NCBI GenBank assembly: GCA_951406725.2
Contig: OX597823.1
Location: 62,001-126,000 of the forward strand
From: Octopus vulgaris
Taxonomy: Eukaryota
Length of the DNA: 64,000 nucleotides
Direction: 5' to 3'
Every line of letters starts with the position of its first letter. Within the stretch, counting starts at the first letter, position 1. Below, piece after piece: positions 40,501-52,500 of the stretch. Made by a program: the position numbers and the translations under genes. The notes beneath the pieces were generated by a model that saw only the letters and a list, made by a program, of their open reading frames with translations, was not told the origin of the DNA and made no database searches.

Positions 40501-43500
40501 TCATTGCATGGATCTTAGCCCTGACAATGCACCCTTCGTGTTTAGCTTTGAGATGTTGGTCGAGTGCCAACCTCACCGCTAACACTTTCAATGCACCGCC
40601 TGACCTCATTGCCTCATCTACTGCCTTAACTAGTTCCTTTTCTACTTTGTTTCTAGCACTAGCTAATTATTTGCTAAACATAATCGACTCAAATTTGATG
40701 GCTCTTTTCAGGGCTTATCACCATTTGTTGTTGATAATGGATCTGGTTAACGCCTTCATTACCAATTGTCTAATCCGCTTCCTGTAGGCTTCACAGTCCA
40801 ATAGTGACTTGTTTAGCTTCCAGTAACCAGTACCTCATCTACACATGCTATCTAGGTCGAGCGTACAGGTCACTAATTTGTGATCACTGTAGCTGACGAT
40901 ATGGTGTTATGGACAGCTAAGTATTTTCTTATCTTTCCTTCTAGTAATGATTCTATCTATGTAAGATCTGGACGACCCATCATTTCTTGCCCAGATTCAC
41001 GCTGGAACATCTGGGTGGTCCAGTCTGAATCGATCTGCCAACTCGAAACGACTTAGCAGATCATTGAGGTAAGGATATCCCCGCCTATTCTTTCTCGAGC
41101 CAAAATAATCTACACGTGCATCGCAAATTGTGTTGAAGTCGCCTAGCAATACTAACGTGTTCGACGTGCCGAGAAAATTCTCTAGGCTTTTGAAATAATC
41201 GTTCTGTCCAGCTTTTCCTTCGCAGGGAGCATAGACAGCGACCAGCCTGAACACTTTACCACTGCTGTGCGTCACATCCAAAACGACCAACCTGCCTTCT
41301 GGATCTATAAAGATAGTTTTAATCTCTAAATCCAGGTTTTTCCTGACTAGCACTGCCACCCCTCCCCCCCCCTTCCCAGTCGGCAGGGAGAAACGTATTT
41401 CTCGTAGCCATTTAGAAGGGGTGAAAAAAGCTGCAGCCCACTCAGTCTGGATTTGGTAATTACAACACATCCAAAGGATGCGACCCAAGGTCATCAAGGA
41501 AGCAGCCTTGCTTCCAATCTGACCCCAGGCCACGTATATTTAAACAACCGAGTTTAAACAAGAATGTGAAAAATAAATCATGTGTTTAAAACTTGCTGTT
41601 TTAATGGGAGTGAGGGTGTAGTTTCACCCTCCTCTTTTCTGTCTGTAAGTGTTGTGGTTTGCGAGGTCATTTTTTTCGTGAATTGCTTGTACAGATAGCT
41701 CGAAAAGTTCATCTGTAATGGGCCGATGTCCTCAGCAAAAGATTTTTTTAGTTCGAAATAATCTGTGTTGTCGATGGTATAAAACTTGACTTTTGCAAGA
41801 ATTCTGCTATTTAAATGTTGCGATATATTTTTTCGCCGACTTCATTAAAAAGATTTGGTCTCTTAATAGTTTGTCATTTTTGTTTATCGCCGTGAAGTTG
41901 TTTACCTTTTTTTATTAGGCGATTGTGGAAGGGTGTGTGTGTGCTTGTAGATGCATGGGTGAATGTAGGCGTTTGTGTGTGCTTTTTCCAGTGTTGGTGT
42001 TTTTTTTGGCTACATGTGTGTTTGTGGCTGTATTTGTGGGTGTCAGTGTGCTTGTCTCTCTCGGAGCTTAGTCCTGTGTTTCACGGTAACCCACTCCTGA
42101 TTGTTGTTGTTTTCTCCTGCTGTGGGCTGTACTTAGGGTAATTTGTGCACGCGACGTGGCTGCTATTTTTAGCGGTGTTGTCATTGTCTTCAGTGGCGTG
42201 CTTGCCTTTTCTGTTGCGTTTCCTTTGACTCTTTCTTTCTTCTTACAGTTTGACCGTATGTGGCCTTTCTTGCCACATTTATAGCACCTTGGCTTTCGCC
42301 CCTCGACTTTCGCCTCTCGACTACCACCACCATCAGGCTGGTATCTTCCCCAGTTATAATTGAACTGGGAATTTCTTCTAAATCTATGGGGTTTGCTTGA
42401 ATGACAAGTTCTAACTCTTGTCCAACCCAGTTCATATGGTGGTATCTCTTCGTCTGTAGAATGGTAATTTTTTCCTCTCTGCTCATGAGGATAGCAGCTA
42501 CCAGCCAGGCCACATCTATTTCGGGTGGTATATCACTGACCCTGACTTTTGAAGTTCTCCTTCCTAAGTAAGTCGGCAGAAGAACTACCTCTTCCGACTT
42601 CAGTGTCATTGTTGAATGTTCCCTGACTTTTTCTTCGCTAGGGAAACGCACCTCTACAGTGCCGAATGAGACTACCCCTTGCTATATAATTTGTTTGTTG
42701 CCATATCAGCCTCAAGCATTTCTCTATGGCTTCTCTTGTCACAAAGTCAATTTTTCAATTTTTGATGTGGTAAGTCTTATATATTAGTATTTTTCTCTCC
42801 GTCATGTTGAAGTTGCTCCCTCCCAGTGATTAATTCACTGGGAGGGAGCAACTTCACATTTTCATCTTCCTTTTTTAGTAAACATTGATATTTTTTTTTT
42901 AAATCTTCCTTGCTTATTTCAATATTTTCACAGGAGCGAGTTGCTGCACTTGCAAAATTAACTCTAGATTTTCCCTCCTGTGTTGCGTTGCTAGACATTT
43001 TATCGTCTGCCTTTGTAGCAAGCGTGTGCGACGCTTCTATATCTTTACAGCTCTCCTCCCTCATACTCCTCTCTATGCTTTGAAACAAAATTTCTAAGTT
43101 TTCCTCGGATGTGGAAGAAATTGGTGATAAATTCATGTTTTTAGCTGTAACAGCAGAAAATTCTGCTGTAACAGCAGAAAACGGTAAATTTTCACAAACT
43201 TCAGCACAAAAACAATCTTTCACAGTGGAGCAAAGAATAACACGACCGAAAAACAATTCCAGTCATTGACAAAGCAACAGGTAAGGAGGGAGAGAGAGAG
43301 GTGAAAACTTCGTTGTGGACTGACACTTATTGTCTGCCTCCTCTCTCTCTATCTAAGTATGTGTATGTGTATGCATGTATGTGTATGTTTGTATATGATT
43401 GTGTGCTGGATCTCTCTCGGCATGCCAGTAAACCACAAAATCGCACCAGCCAGCATCACCATTACTTGCAAGCCTATCATATATGTATATGTGTGTGTGT

Positions 43501-46500
43501 TTGTGTCTGTGTTTGTCCCACCACCACCATTGCTTCACACGGATGTTGGTGCATTTGCGTCTCTGTAATTTAGCTGTTCAGCAGAAGAGACTGATAGAAT
43601 AAGCACCAAGCTTATAGGGAATAAGTCCAGGGGTCAATTTCTTCGACTAAAGGGTGATGCTCTAGCATGGCCACTGTCAAATGACTGAAACAAGTAAAAG
43701 AATACCAAAAGAATGTTCCGTACCACTAAACCAAGAATTTTCTTTGAATATGTACAACATATTCTAAGGTTAAATAGTAATTCCGTTTACGTTTGTCTAA
43801 ATGAGATATTTTGGTTGGATTATATAGTTTTTGTTGTTATATTATTTTCTATATTCTGTAACTGTCAAAATATACTTTTCTAGGCCTGAATTTTTGTGGG
43901 GAGGGGGCCAGTTGATTAGATCAACTCCAGTACACAACTGGTACTTAATTTATCAAGCCCCAAAGGAGGAAAGGCAAAGTTGACCTCGGCAAAATTTGAA
44001 CTCAGAACGTAAAGACAGACGGTCATAATATGCAAACATTTCTCATGGAACCAGTACCCTGTTTACAGATGCTTACATTTTTAATGTTTTCCGTGAATTT
44101 TTCACGGGTCCAGCTAGTATTAATATATTATTTTAGTGGTTGTTGTTGTTCTAAATGTATGATGAGTGTGTTTGTGTGAGTGGAGAGACAAACATTGAAA
44201 AGACATGAATTTTTAAAACTTTCATTTTGAAAAAAGCTTCCCTTCATTGTTTTGTAATGCATGAAAAAAGGGAAAATCCTGACAAAATTTGCAAAATTCC
44301 AACATATACGGGACAGCTATTCTGAAAGAATTCCATTTCCCCATCAGATGACAACATATGAGTTCTGGTCTTTTCATAGTCTTTCACATTAGCAAGCACT
44401 AGTTCTTCTGGAATACATATGCTTGAAGGATTTTCAATATTCTGTAACGATGGGTGCTGTCAAACCCGTTGCTGAAGTCCACAAAGGTTATAATGGCAGG
44501 TAGCAGTCTTGATTTAACTACTTTGATATGCCTCAGGGCTAAGATCTGAGATGTTGTGGCTCTCCCATTTTGATTTGGTCTTAGATGGCTATCAAGCACC
44601 TGTTGAATCCTGTTGAGGATTATTTGGTTGATGACTTTTAGTGAGATATTGGACAGTGCAGTTCCTCTGTAGTCAGTTACAGTGCTGAAGTTTCCTGACT
44701 TTGGGATTTGTATCAAGTTAATTTCGGGCCACTGATCTGGACTTTCTTGGTTCTGTAAGAACCTATTTGCAAAATCCAGTATTATTTTGCCCAGATGATA
44801 ACTTGAGGGGGAATTTCATCAGGGCCAGCAGCTTTTCCCTCTTTCAGTCAATTTTTGGCACTCTAAATTCTTTCGATTACTAGCTGGAGTGCTACAAGGA
44901 GATACACTTGCCCCATATCTGTTTGTAATTGTATTGGATTATGCAATTCATAATCTGATAGACAACAGTGATGAAGACCTTGGTTTCATCAAAGACCAGA
45001 AATGGTCATGGAGAGTGCCAGCAGCAACCATCACAGACATGGACTTTGCAGCTGGTACAGCACTTTTATCTAATAGATCACTCATAGCTAATCGGTCAAA
45101 CTCTATGGCTGTTCAGTAGAGCAGCTGCTGCAAAGACAGGTCTGCATACAAATGTCAAGAAAGCAGAATTCATGTCTTTCAACCAATCAAGTGATAACTG
45201 TTTGTTGTGAGTGGTTCCGAATTGAATGTTGCTGAAGACTTCAACTATTTAGGTGGTTGGGCAAGCAGTTTGGAAGCAGACATCATGATCAAGAAGAAAA
45301 CACAAGCATGGAGAGCCTGTCACAAACTGAAGAAAGTGTGGAACACCAAATTGCCCGGGCAAATCAAAATGAGGTTGTTCATTGCAACTTTTGGATCGGT
45401 GCTGCTATGTGGCAATGGAATATGGACACTGACAAAGAAATTTATGAAATGGGCTAAATGGATGCTTCTCAAGGATGCTACAAATGGTTCCAAATGTGAA
45501 ATGGCAGTAACATATGACAAATGAATTGCTTATATGGAGACCTGCCAAAGGTTTGTGAGAAGATCATACAAAGATGGCTGTAACTATCAGATCACTGTGT
45601 GCACCACCCTCAGCTGCTTACATCATGGTGATGTAAGCAGAGGAACTTCGACAACTTAATTGCAGACACTGGCCTGAAATATATCCAGGACCTCGAAGCA
45701 ATGATGATAGACCAAGAAGTGTGGCATGTAGTCTTTGTTGCTGTATCAATAAATAATCTGGCCATAATAATAATAAATATTCTGAAAGTCTGTTTTCCCT
45801 GTTTCAAGTTAGGGGTGGTGGGGCAGAATGAGTAACAGTTACTGCATTTTTTTACTTTGAGAAAGAAATATTTTTTTAAATGTTCACTATCTAGCAGAAA
45901 GTATATCAGCTAAGTAATTGGCCTTCTCTAGATGCATTAAAAATGCTATAACATATTCAGAACACTTTCAGAAAATTACCTCCATTCTCTTTGAGCATAT
46001 AAAAGACAAATTTAGATGGGGCAAAATGAGTAAGATAAGACAAGGTAAATTTATCTCTTCAATTCTCCAGATTTGCATTTGAAAAAAAACTCATACACAT
46101 CAATATCTTGGTCAAATGAAAAGGAATCATGGGAAAATGAAATTAATGAAACTTGACTAAATCGAAAAACTCAAAATATTCTCTATGGCTTCTTCACAAT
46201 CTGCTGGAGTGGATCTCTGCAGAATTCTGGTTTAAGCACTCCATATAACCCTTCATAACTTTTTAATTTTGGGGGAATTTTCAAAACACACAAGGATTCA
46301 TAAAACTATGAAAATTGTTTTTCTTTAAGTTTTAGAATGTTTTTCTCTTTTAAATTACAGTTCTAAATTTTGACTTAAATCCCAGCAACAGATCATTAAA
46401 CATGTTTATAGGAAGAAAGATATTGAAAAGCATCAATACGTCAGAGTGACAGAGAAACAAGGAGAATATCGGGTGATCATGAAATGTGCTAAAAATACCA

Positions 46501-49500
46501 GCTAAATAGCCCTTAAATCAGACACATTTTTTTTTGATTTTTCATTGTCGTATGAATTCTCATGTAGAATACAAAAATTTTCTGAAAATTCAAAAAATTA
46601 GAAAGAGCTATGAGATGCTACATGGGGGCACTTAAAGCAGAATTCCACCTGGCTCTCTTCCTGATACATTTACGCTCTATGCAGTTAAAGAGAAGAGATT
46701 ACTTATTACTCATTTTGCCCCAGTTTAGACAACAGCTTTTGAAAATGATCAAATTAGTCATTAGTGTAGGGTAAACAATTGACATAGAATCCAACAGAGA
46801 AAAGAATTTGGATTGTTGAACACCCAAAATTATCTAAATATTTTATTAGCAATCTCAATTACAACTGGGTCAAATTTGAGGTAAAATTTCTCGTAAATAA
46901 AGTACCTGTTACCTGACAGTTTCAAACTGCCTCAACTGCAACAACATAACAGTGGCCAACATTTGCTGCCAAAGATGATGCAATAGTGCAAAATGGTGAT
47001 GCAATACTTGCAATGTAATGGTTTCAAGCAAGTAGTGAGGAAATAATGAGAAATTGGTAATAACTCATTTTGCCCCAGTTATCAATTTTACCCACACCCT
47101 TGTAGTTATTTCAAGTATTTGACAAAATGACGAAAAATAGTGAAAAAAAGAAAGAAAAAGATTTGGTTTAATGAAAAGGTGTGAGCATAAAAGCAATAAT
47201 TCTAAAGCAGGTGGGCCCTATAACTATTGGATGGCCAAGGCAATTGCCCTCTTCAACCCCCAATAAATCTGGCCCTGTACTTAACCTCTCTTGGCTTCCA
47301 ACACATGATCCCTCACAACTAACCTTGAGAGGGAACAAGAACTCATCTCTGCAAATTCACCATTTCACTTTTTTCTTCCTGCTTACTTCAGAATTACCCA
47401 CCTATTCCCTTTTTTTCTCCCTTTCTCTACCACAGCTCCCCCTGTATTCTCCATTTTTTTTTTTTTTCATTCAGTTTTTGTGTAAGTCCCCATTTGATAC
47501 TTCTGTGGCAAAAAAAAACAAAAAAAAACTATTATAATTATGGATTGATTTATCAATCATCCATTTGGCAGAATTGTTAAAGTGTTGGGTAAGACAGTTT
47601 GTGGTGTATCTTCAGGCTTTTTACATTATGAGTTCTAATCCCACTGAGGACAAGTTTGCATCTCATCCCATTAAGGTTGATAAAATAATGCACAGGGACT
47701 AATTTGACTCCCTCCAAACTACTGACCTTATTACCTATACCAGAAGCAATAATAACTGGAATTGCTGAGCATTACATTAAATGGTTGTAGTGTTTTAGTT
47801 TTGTAATCTGAAAGGTATGAGTGTGCACTTTTTGCTTATGTTAGCAAGCTATACATACTGCATGGTACCTATTTATAAATAGGAGGAGTGAGCCAGTGAG
47901 AGTTGAATACATTGATCAGTAATATTGCAAATGGTAACCATTTTCTTTGTATTCAGATATATAAGTCCAGTTCAGTTTACTAAAGTCTTCTTGCTTTACA
48001 GAAAGCATTTTATGTTTTAGTCAAATGATATAATTTATTGCTATATTACTACACTGCACAAATGAAAATTGGGCACTCAGTTGTTTTGGTAATGTTTTAT
48101 AAGATTTGCCTGGTTGAGCTGTTTTCTCATGTTTTCCATTTGTGAGTGTTCTAGGTTTGTTTTTTTTTGTACGCAGCATTATCATTTTCCTCATTTAACA
48201 CATTCATATATAAGTCCTACACACATATAATCCTTGGAAATTATTTCAAGTTCCAGTTTCCTCATTCTGAATGCTTTATTTCTGTTCTCCATGCAGACAC
48301 CATCCAGTATCTTAGACAAGTGGTCTTCTACCATGGATTTGATAGACAGAAACTGTGAAAGTGCATTGAAGGGACTCTGTCTATTTTTGACTGGTAGATT
48401 TAATCCATCACCCAATTTAACACTTTCCATTTGTGCCTTTAGTGGAGACCATTTACACTGCAAGCATTTAGACTCTGAGGATAAGTTCCTCTGATTAATT
48501 CATTAAGGAATTATCATCATATGACTGTTGTCCATGGATGGTTTGGTCAGGGCTGGCAAGTTGGAAGGCTGCACCAAACTCTAGTCTGTTTTGGCATACT
48601 TTCTACTTTCTAATGCCCTTTCTAATGCCAACCACTCTGAGAGTGTAGTGAGTGCTTTTACATGCCATATTGCCAAATGGTCTTGGTCCTTACCTCTATA
48701 AGGTCCAACGCTCAGAAGGTGCTTTTACATGCCACTGGCACGAGTACCATTTGTGTGAGACCAGTATCTGCCATGACTGCAATTTTTCTTGGCTTGATGG
48801 GTCTTCTTCACAAGCACAACATGATTCCAAAAGTCTCAGTCATTGCCTCCGTGAGGCCCAACATTTGAAAGGAGCTTGACCACTTTGCTTCCGTGAGGAT
48901 CAATGCTTGAAAGGTACTTTTTAAGTGCCACCTGCACAAGTGCCGGTTACATCACACCAGCATCAGCCATGGTTGCGATTTCACTTGGTTTGACGGGTCT
49001 TCTGAAGCACAGCATATCACCAAAGGTCTTGGTCACTAGTCCATTGCTTCTGTGAAGCCCAAAGTTCGGAGATCATGCTTCACCATCTCATCCCATGTTT
49101 TCCTAGGTCTACCTCTACCACATGTTCCCTCCACAGTTAGAGATTGGCACTTCTTTACACAGCTGTCCTTGTTCATACGCATCACGTGACCATACCAGCA
49201 CATTCGTTTCTCTTGCACACCACATCTGATGCCTCTTATGCGTAACTTTTCTCTCAAGATGCTTACACTCTTGATCACCTAGGTAACGGAAGCTATCTAC
49301 TACCTCTAGCTTACCCTTATGGCAGTTGATGGAGTCTATTTCCTGTACAATTTCAGTGTTTATTCTACCTGTGCATCTACAACACACACAAAGACTATTT
49401 TCCCTGTTAACCTTCTTCTGATATTGCTGCACCTTTATGTGTCCAAAGCTTACAGAGTTACTCCCTACACCTTTCCTACAGATCGAGCAGGGCCATCTAC

Positions 49501-52500
49501 CTAAAGGGACTTGTTATTTGTCTGCCTTCCTACTTACTAAGACTCTGGTTTTTGCTTTGGTTAACTCTAAGGTGCTTTGATTCTAAACCTTGCTTTCATA
49601 CATGGAACTTTTCTAATTCTGGTAATAATTCAGCTATAAGAATAAGGTCATGAGTGTAGAGGATCTCACAGCAGTAGCCTATCTTAAATTCCTCTGTTAT
49701 TGGGGGGACTATGATTAACAAGAGGGGACTTAGGACCGATCCTTGGTGAATTCCTACTTGTACCCTGAATTCTTTGCTGTACTTGTTGCCAATCCTCACC
49801 TTACTGATATTATCCCTCCACATGGCTTGTACAGCTTTCACAAACCACTCATCTGTCCCTAGTTTCCACATTGACCACCAGATAAGGGATGGGGGGACCC
49901 TCTCAAAGGCTTTCTCTAAGTCAGCAAAAGCCAAGTACAGAGGTTTATTTTTGGCTAGGTACTTCTTATACAGCTGCCTTACCAGAAATATAGCATCAGT
50001 GGTGCTTCTCTCTGGCATAAAAGCAAATTGCATCTCATTTAGACTAACTCTCTCCCTAATTAATTGGGCTGTGACTCTCCATAACTTTCATCACCCGATC
50101 CAACAATCTGATACCCGTGTAATTATTTCTATCCAAGGCATCACCTTTCCATTTGTAGCAGTTGACTCTGGTGCTGCTACACCAGTCATTCGGTATGTCT
50201 CCTTTGTGAATCACCTGATTTACAATACAGGTAACTAGACAATAACCTACACCACCAGATATTTTAAGCATCTTAGTGGTGATTCCTGAAGGGCTGGGAG
50301 ATTTCCCTGTCTTCATGTCCTTAATTGTTTTGTGTACCAAGGTAATGTCAGTTCAAGTAGCTACCCCGTCACTGTTATTTTCCCAGAAGATTTTTATATT
50401 TATGTCTTGCCTGTGAGGACTTTGGCTGAAGCCCCTCTCCACCTTGCCTCTTGGATACAGCATACATCAACACACCTCCGTTCAAATATATTTACTCTAA
50501 TTTTTGTTGCTTTGTTATATTGCATTACAATGTCACTAGTGTCTTTTGTATAACCACTTATCTCTTCATTGTCACTTAAAGTAAGTTGAAACCAAAAAAG
50601 ATTATTTGGCTGTTTATAATCCCATAGAAAATGCTTTGTGACATTAATAATTATTATAATTGTTGTTATTCATTTTCCAAAATTTTTCAGGAGAACATTT
50701 TGGAAACCATTTTTGCTCTTGATGTTGACAATACACATGTAAGTTAATATTTTTACAATTTTCTGTTAAAAGTGAAGATCTGTTGTATAGCATAGTTCTA
50801 AATTACTCAAGTTTATCTCATAATTTCTCTTGTGTGTTGAGACACAATATGTCCAATATGTCTTTTATGAAGAGAACTGTGGTAGGAAGGAAATTTGGTC
50901 AATCAAGTTTAGTGGCTCCCTTAGAGGCTCCTTTCAATATTTGTTGGTTTTTCATGGGGGATGAGAGAAGGGTGGAGCAGGTTGGTTTCTAAAGGGATCA
51001 TATTAATATCTGATGCTTCTGTGTCAATAATAAAACTACAATAATAAGCCAGACCTTTTATTTTTATTAAGTTGTAGATTTAAAATAATAATAACTTAAG
51101 AAATGACACTTCTGAAGCTGTCAAGATAAAGAAAAAAATAAAAGCATCACGGCCACAAGAATCGGCAAAATTTAAGAGGAGCAAATATTAACAATTACAA
51201 GAAGTGTTTCTGCATGTTTCTATTGATTCTGGTGTCTCTCAGATCCATGGAAATAAAATGGTATCAGGAAGCAATGTATATTTGATGATTTGACAAGTTG
51301 AAATGATAATTGGTTGAGTCTGAGCTGATTTTTTCTCATTACCTAAATTTTATTGGTACCTCCATGTTAGCCACTACCCCCCCTTCCTCAAACTCAGATA
51401 TTCTATCACTGAAATGATGGGTTTGTAGCTTGGCATTATCACTTTATGCTAAAGATGAGAGACTCTTGGCTGAAGGCAAAATTTTGCTTAAATTTATATT
51501 TCCAACAACTCTCTGGTGATGTCTAACAATTCATCTGAAAAAAAAAAAAAAAGGTTGAGCATTTGGACCAAAACAATAATTTAATACAAATAACATTTAT
51601 AAATTTGTCAAATTAAAGATCCATTATTTTTCTTAGTACAGAAAAAATTTACTCTTGGTTCTAAAGTCACCTCTACCTTATACCAACAACACAAAAAGTA
51701 TATTTTATTAAGTGAGGTATTTTTCAGCTGCTTTTATATTTCTTCAAAACAAAAATATTTTAATTTTTTTAGTAGTGTTACATAACATTGGATGCCAAAA
51801 CCTTAAATTTTTGTTTTGCCTTATTCTTACAATCTTGTAACATGAAGTGAGTTTTAAGGGTAGCGAAAGGTGAAGTTCTTGGTTGTTGACTTGACCTCTG
51901 TTCGTTCAGCTTGAGATTACTCGATAAAAGCTTAGAAGCAGCTCACAAAGTCCAGCAGGTCAATCTACACAAACTTCAGCTTTTTAATATTAATAGGTTT
52001 CCATTGTTGGATATGTTTAAAACCTAAAACTTGTGGTTTCCACTTTTGCAAAGTGGAGAACATATGAAAAACTTTTGTAGAACTAACATGTTTATGCAGT
52101 TAATATTTTGGGGATTTTTCTCTTAGATTCTGTGGTGTAAAGAATGTGAAAATAGTATTATATGTATTGTTAATTTTTTTTTTTTCAATTTGCTAAATAT
52201 TTCTGAATTGTGAAACAATCATATTTTGTATACTTTCAGGCTTTCTGTAGTATCTGTAGCCAAAGTGGTCAGCTGTGTATATGCAGTGTACCAGAGTGCA
52301 ATAGGTAACATACTTTTAGAAGTGCAAGAATGTGATTTTGTAAATAAGCCAAAACTCTAATTCTGCCGATTAGAAAATTACTATTTTTAAATCTCACAAC
52401 GAGAGATATTCAGCAGCAGTACTTTAGAGAAAAGATTTTTTCCAACATAACATGGCAGTCCTGGTTTAGGACAAATGTTGCTGTAATTTAGCCCCAGGAG

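Larger units (their letters stand above)
37432..47277. mobile_element. Non-autonomous hAT-like element enclosing later nested insertions
   Basis: Ends CAGAACTGGATTCA / TAAATCTGGCCCTG with subterminal GGGCCC; 8-bp flanks CACCTAAC / TACTTAAC. Confidence 0.65.
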
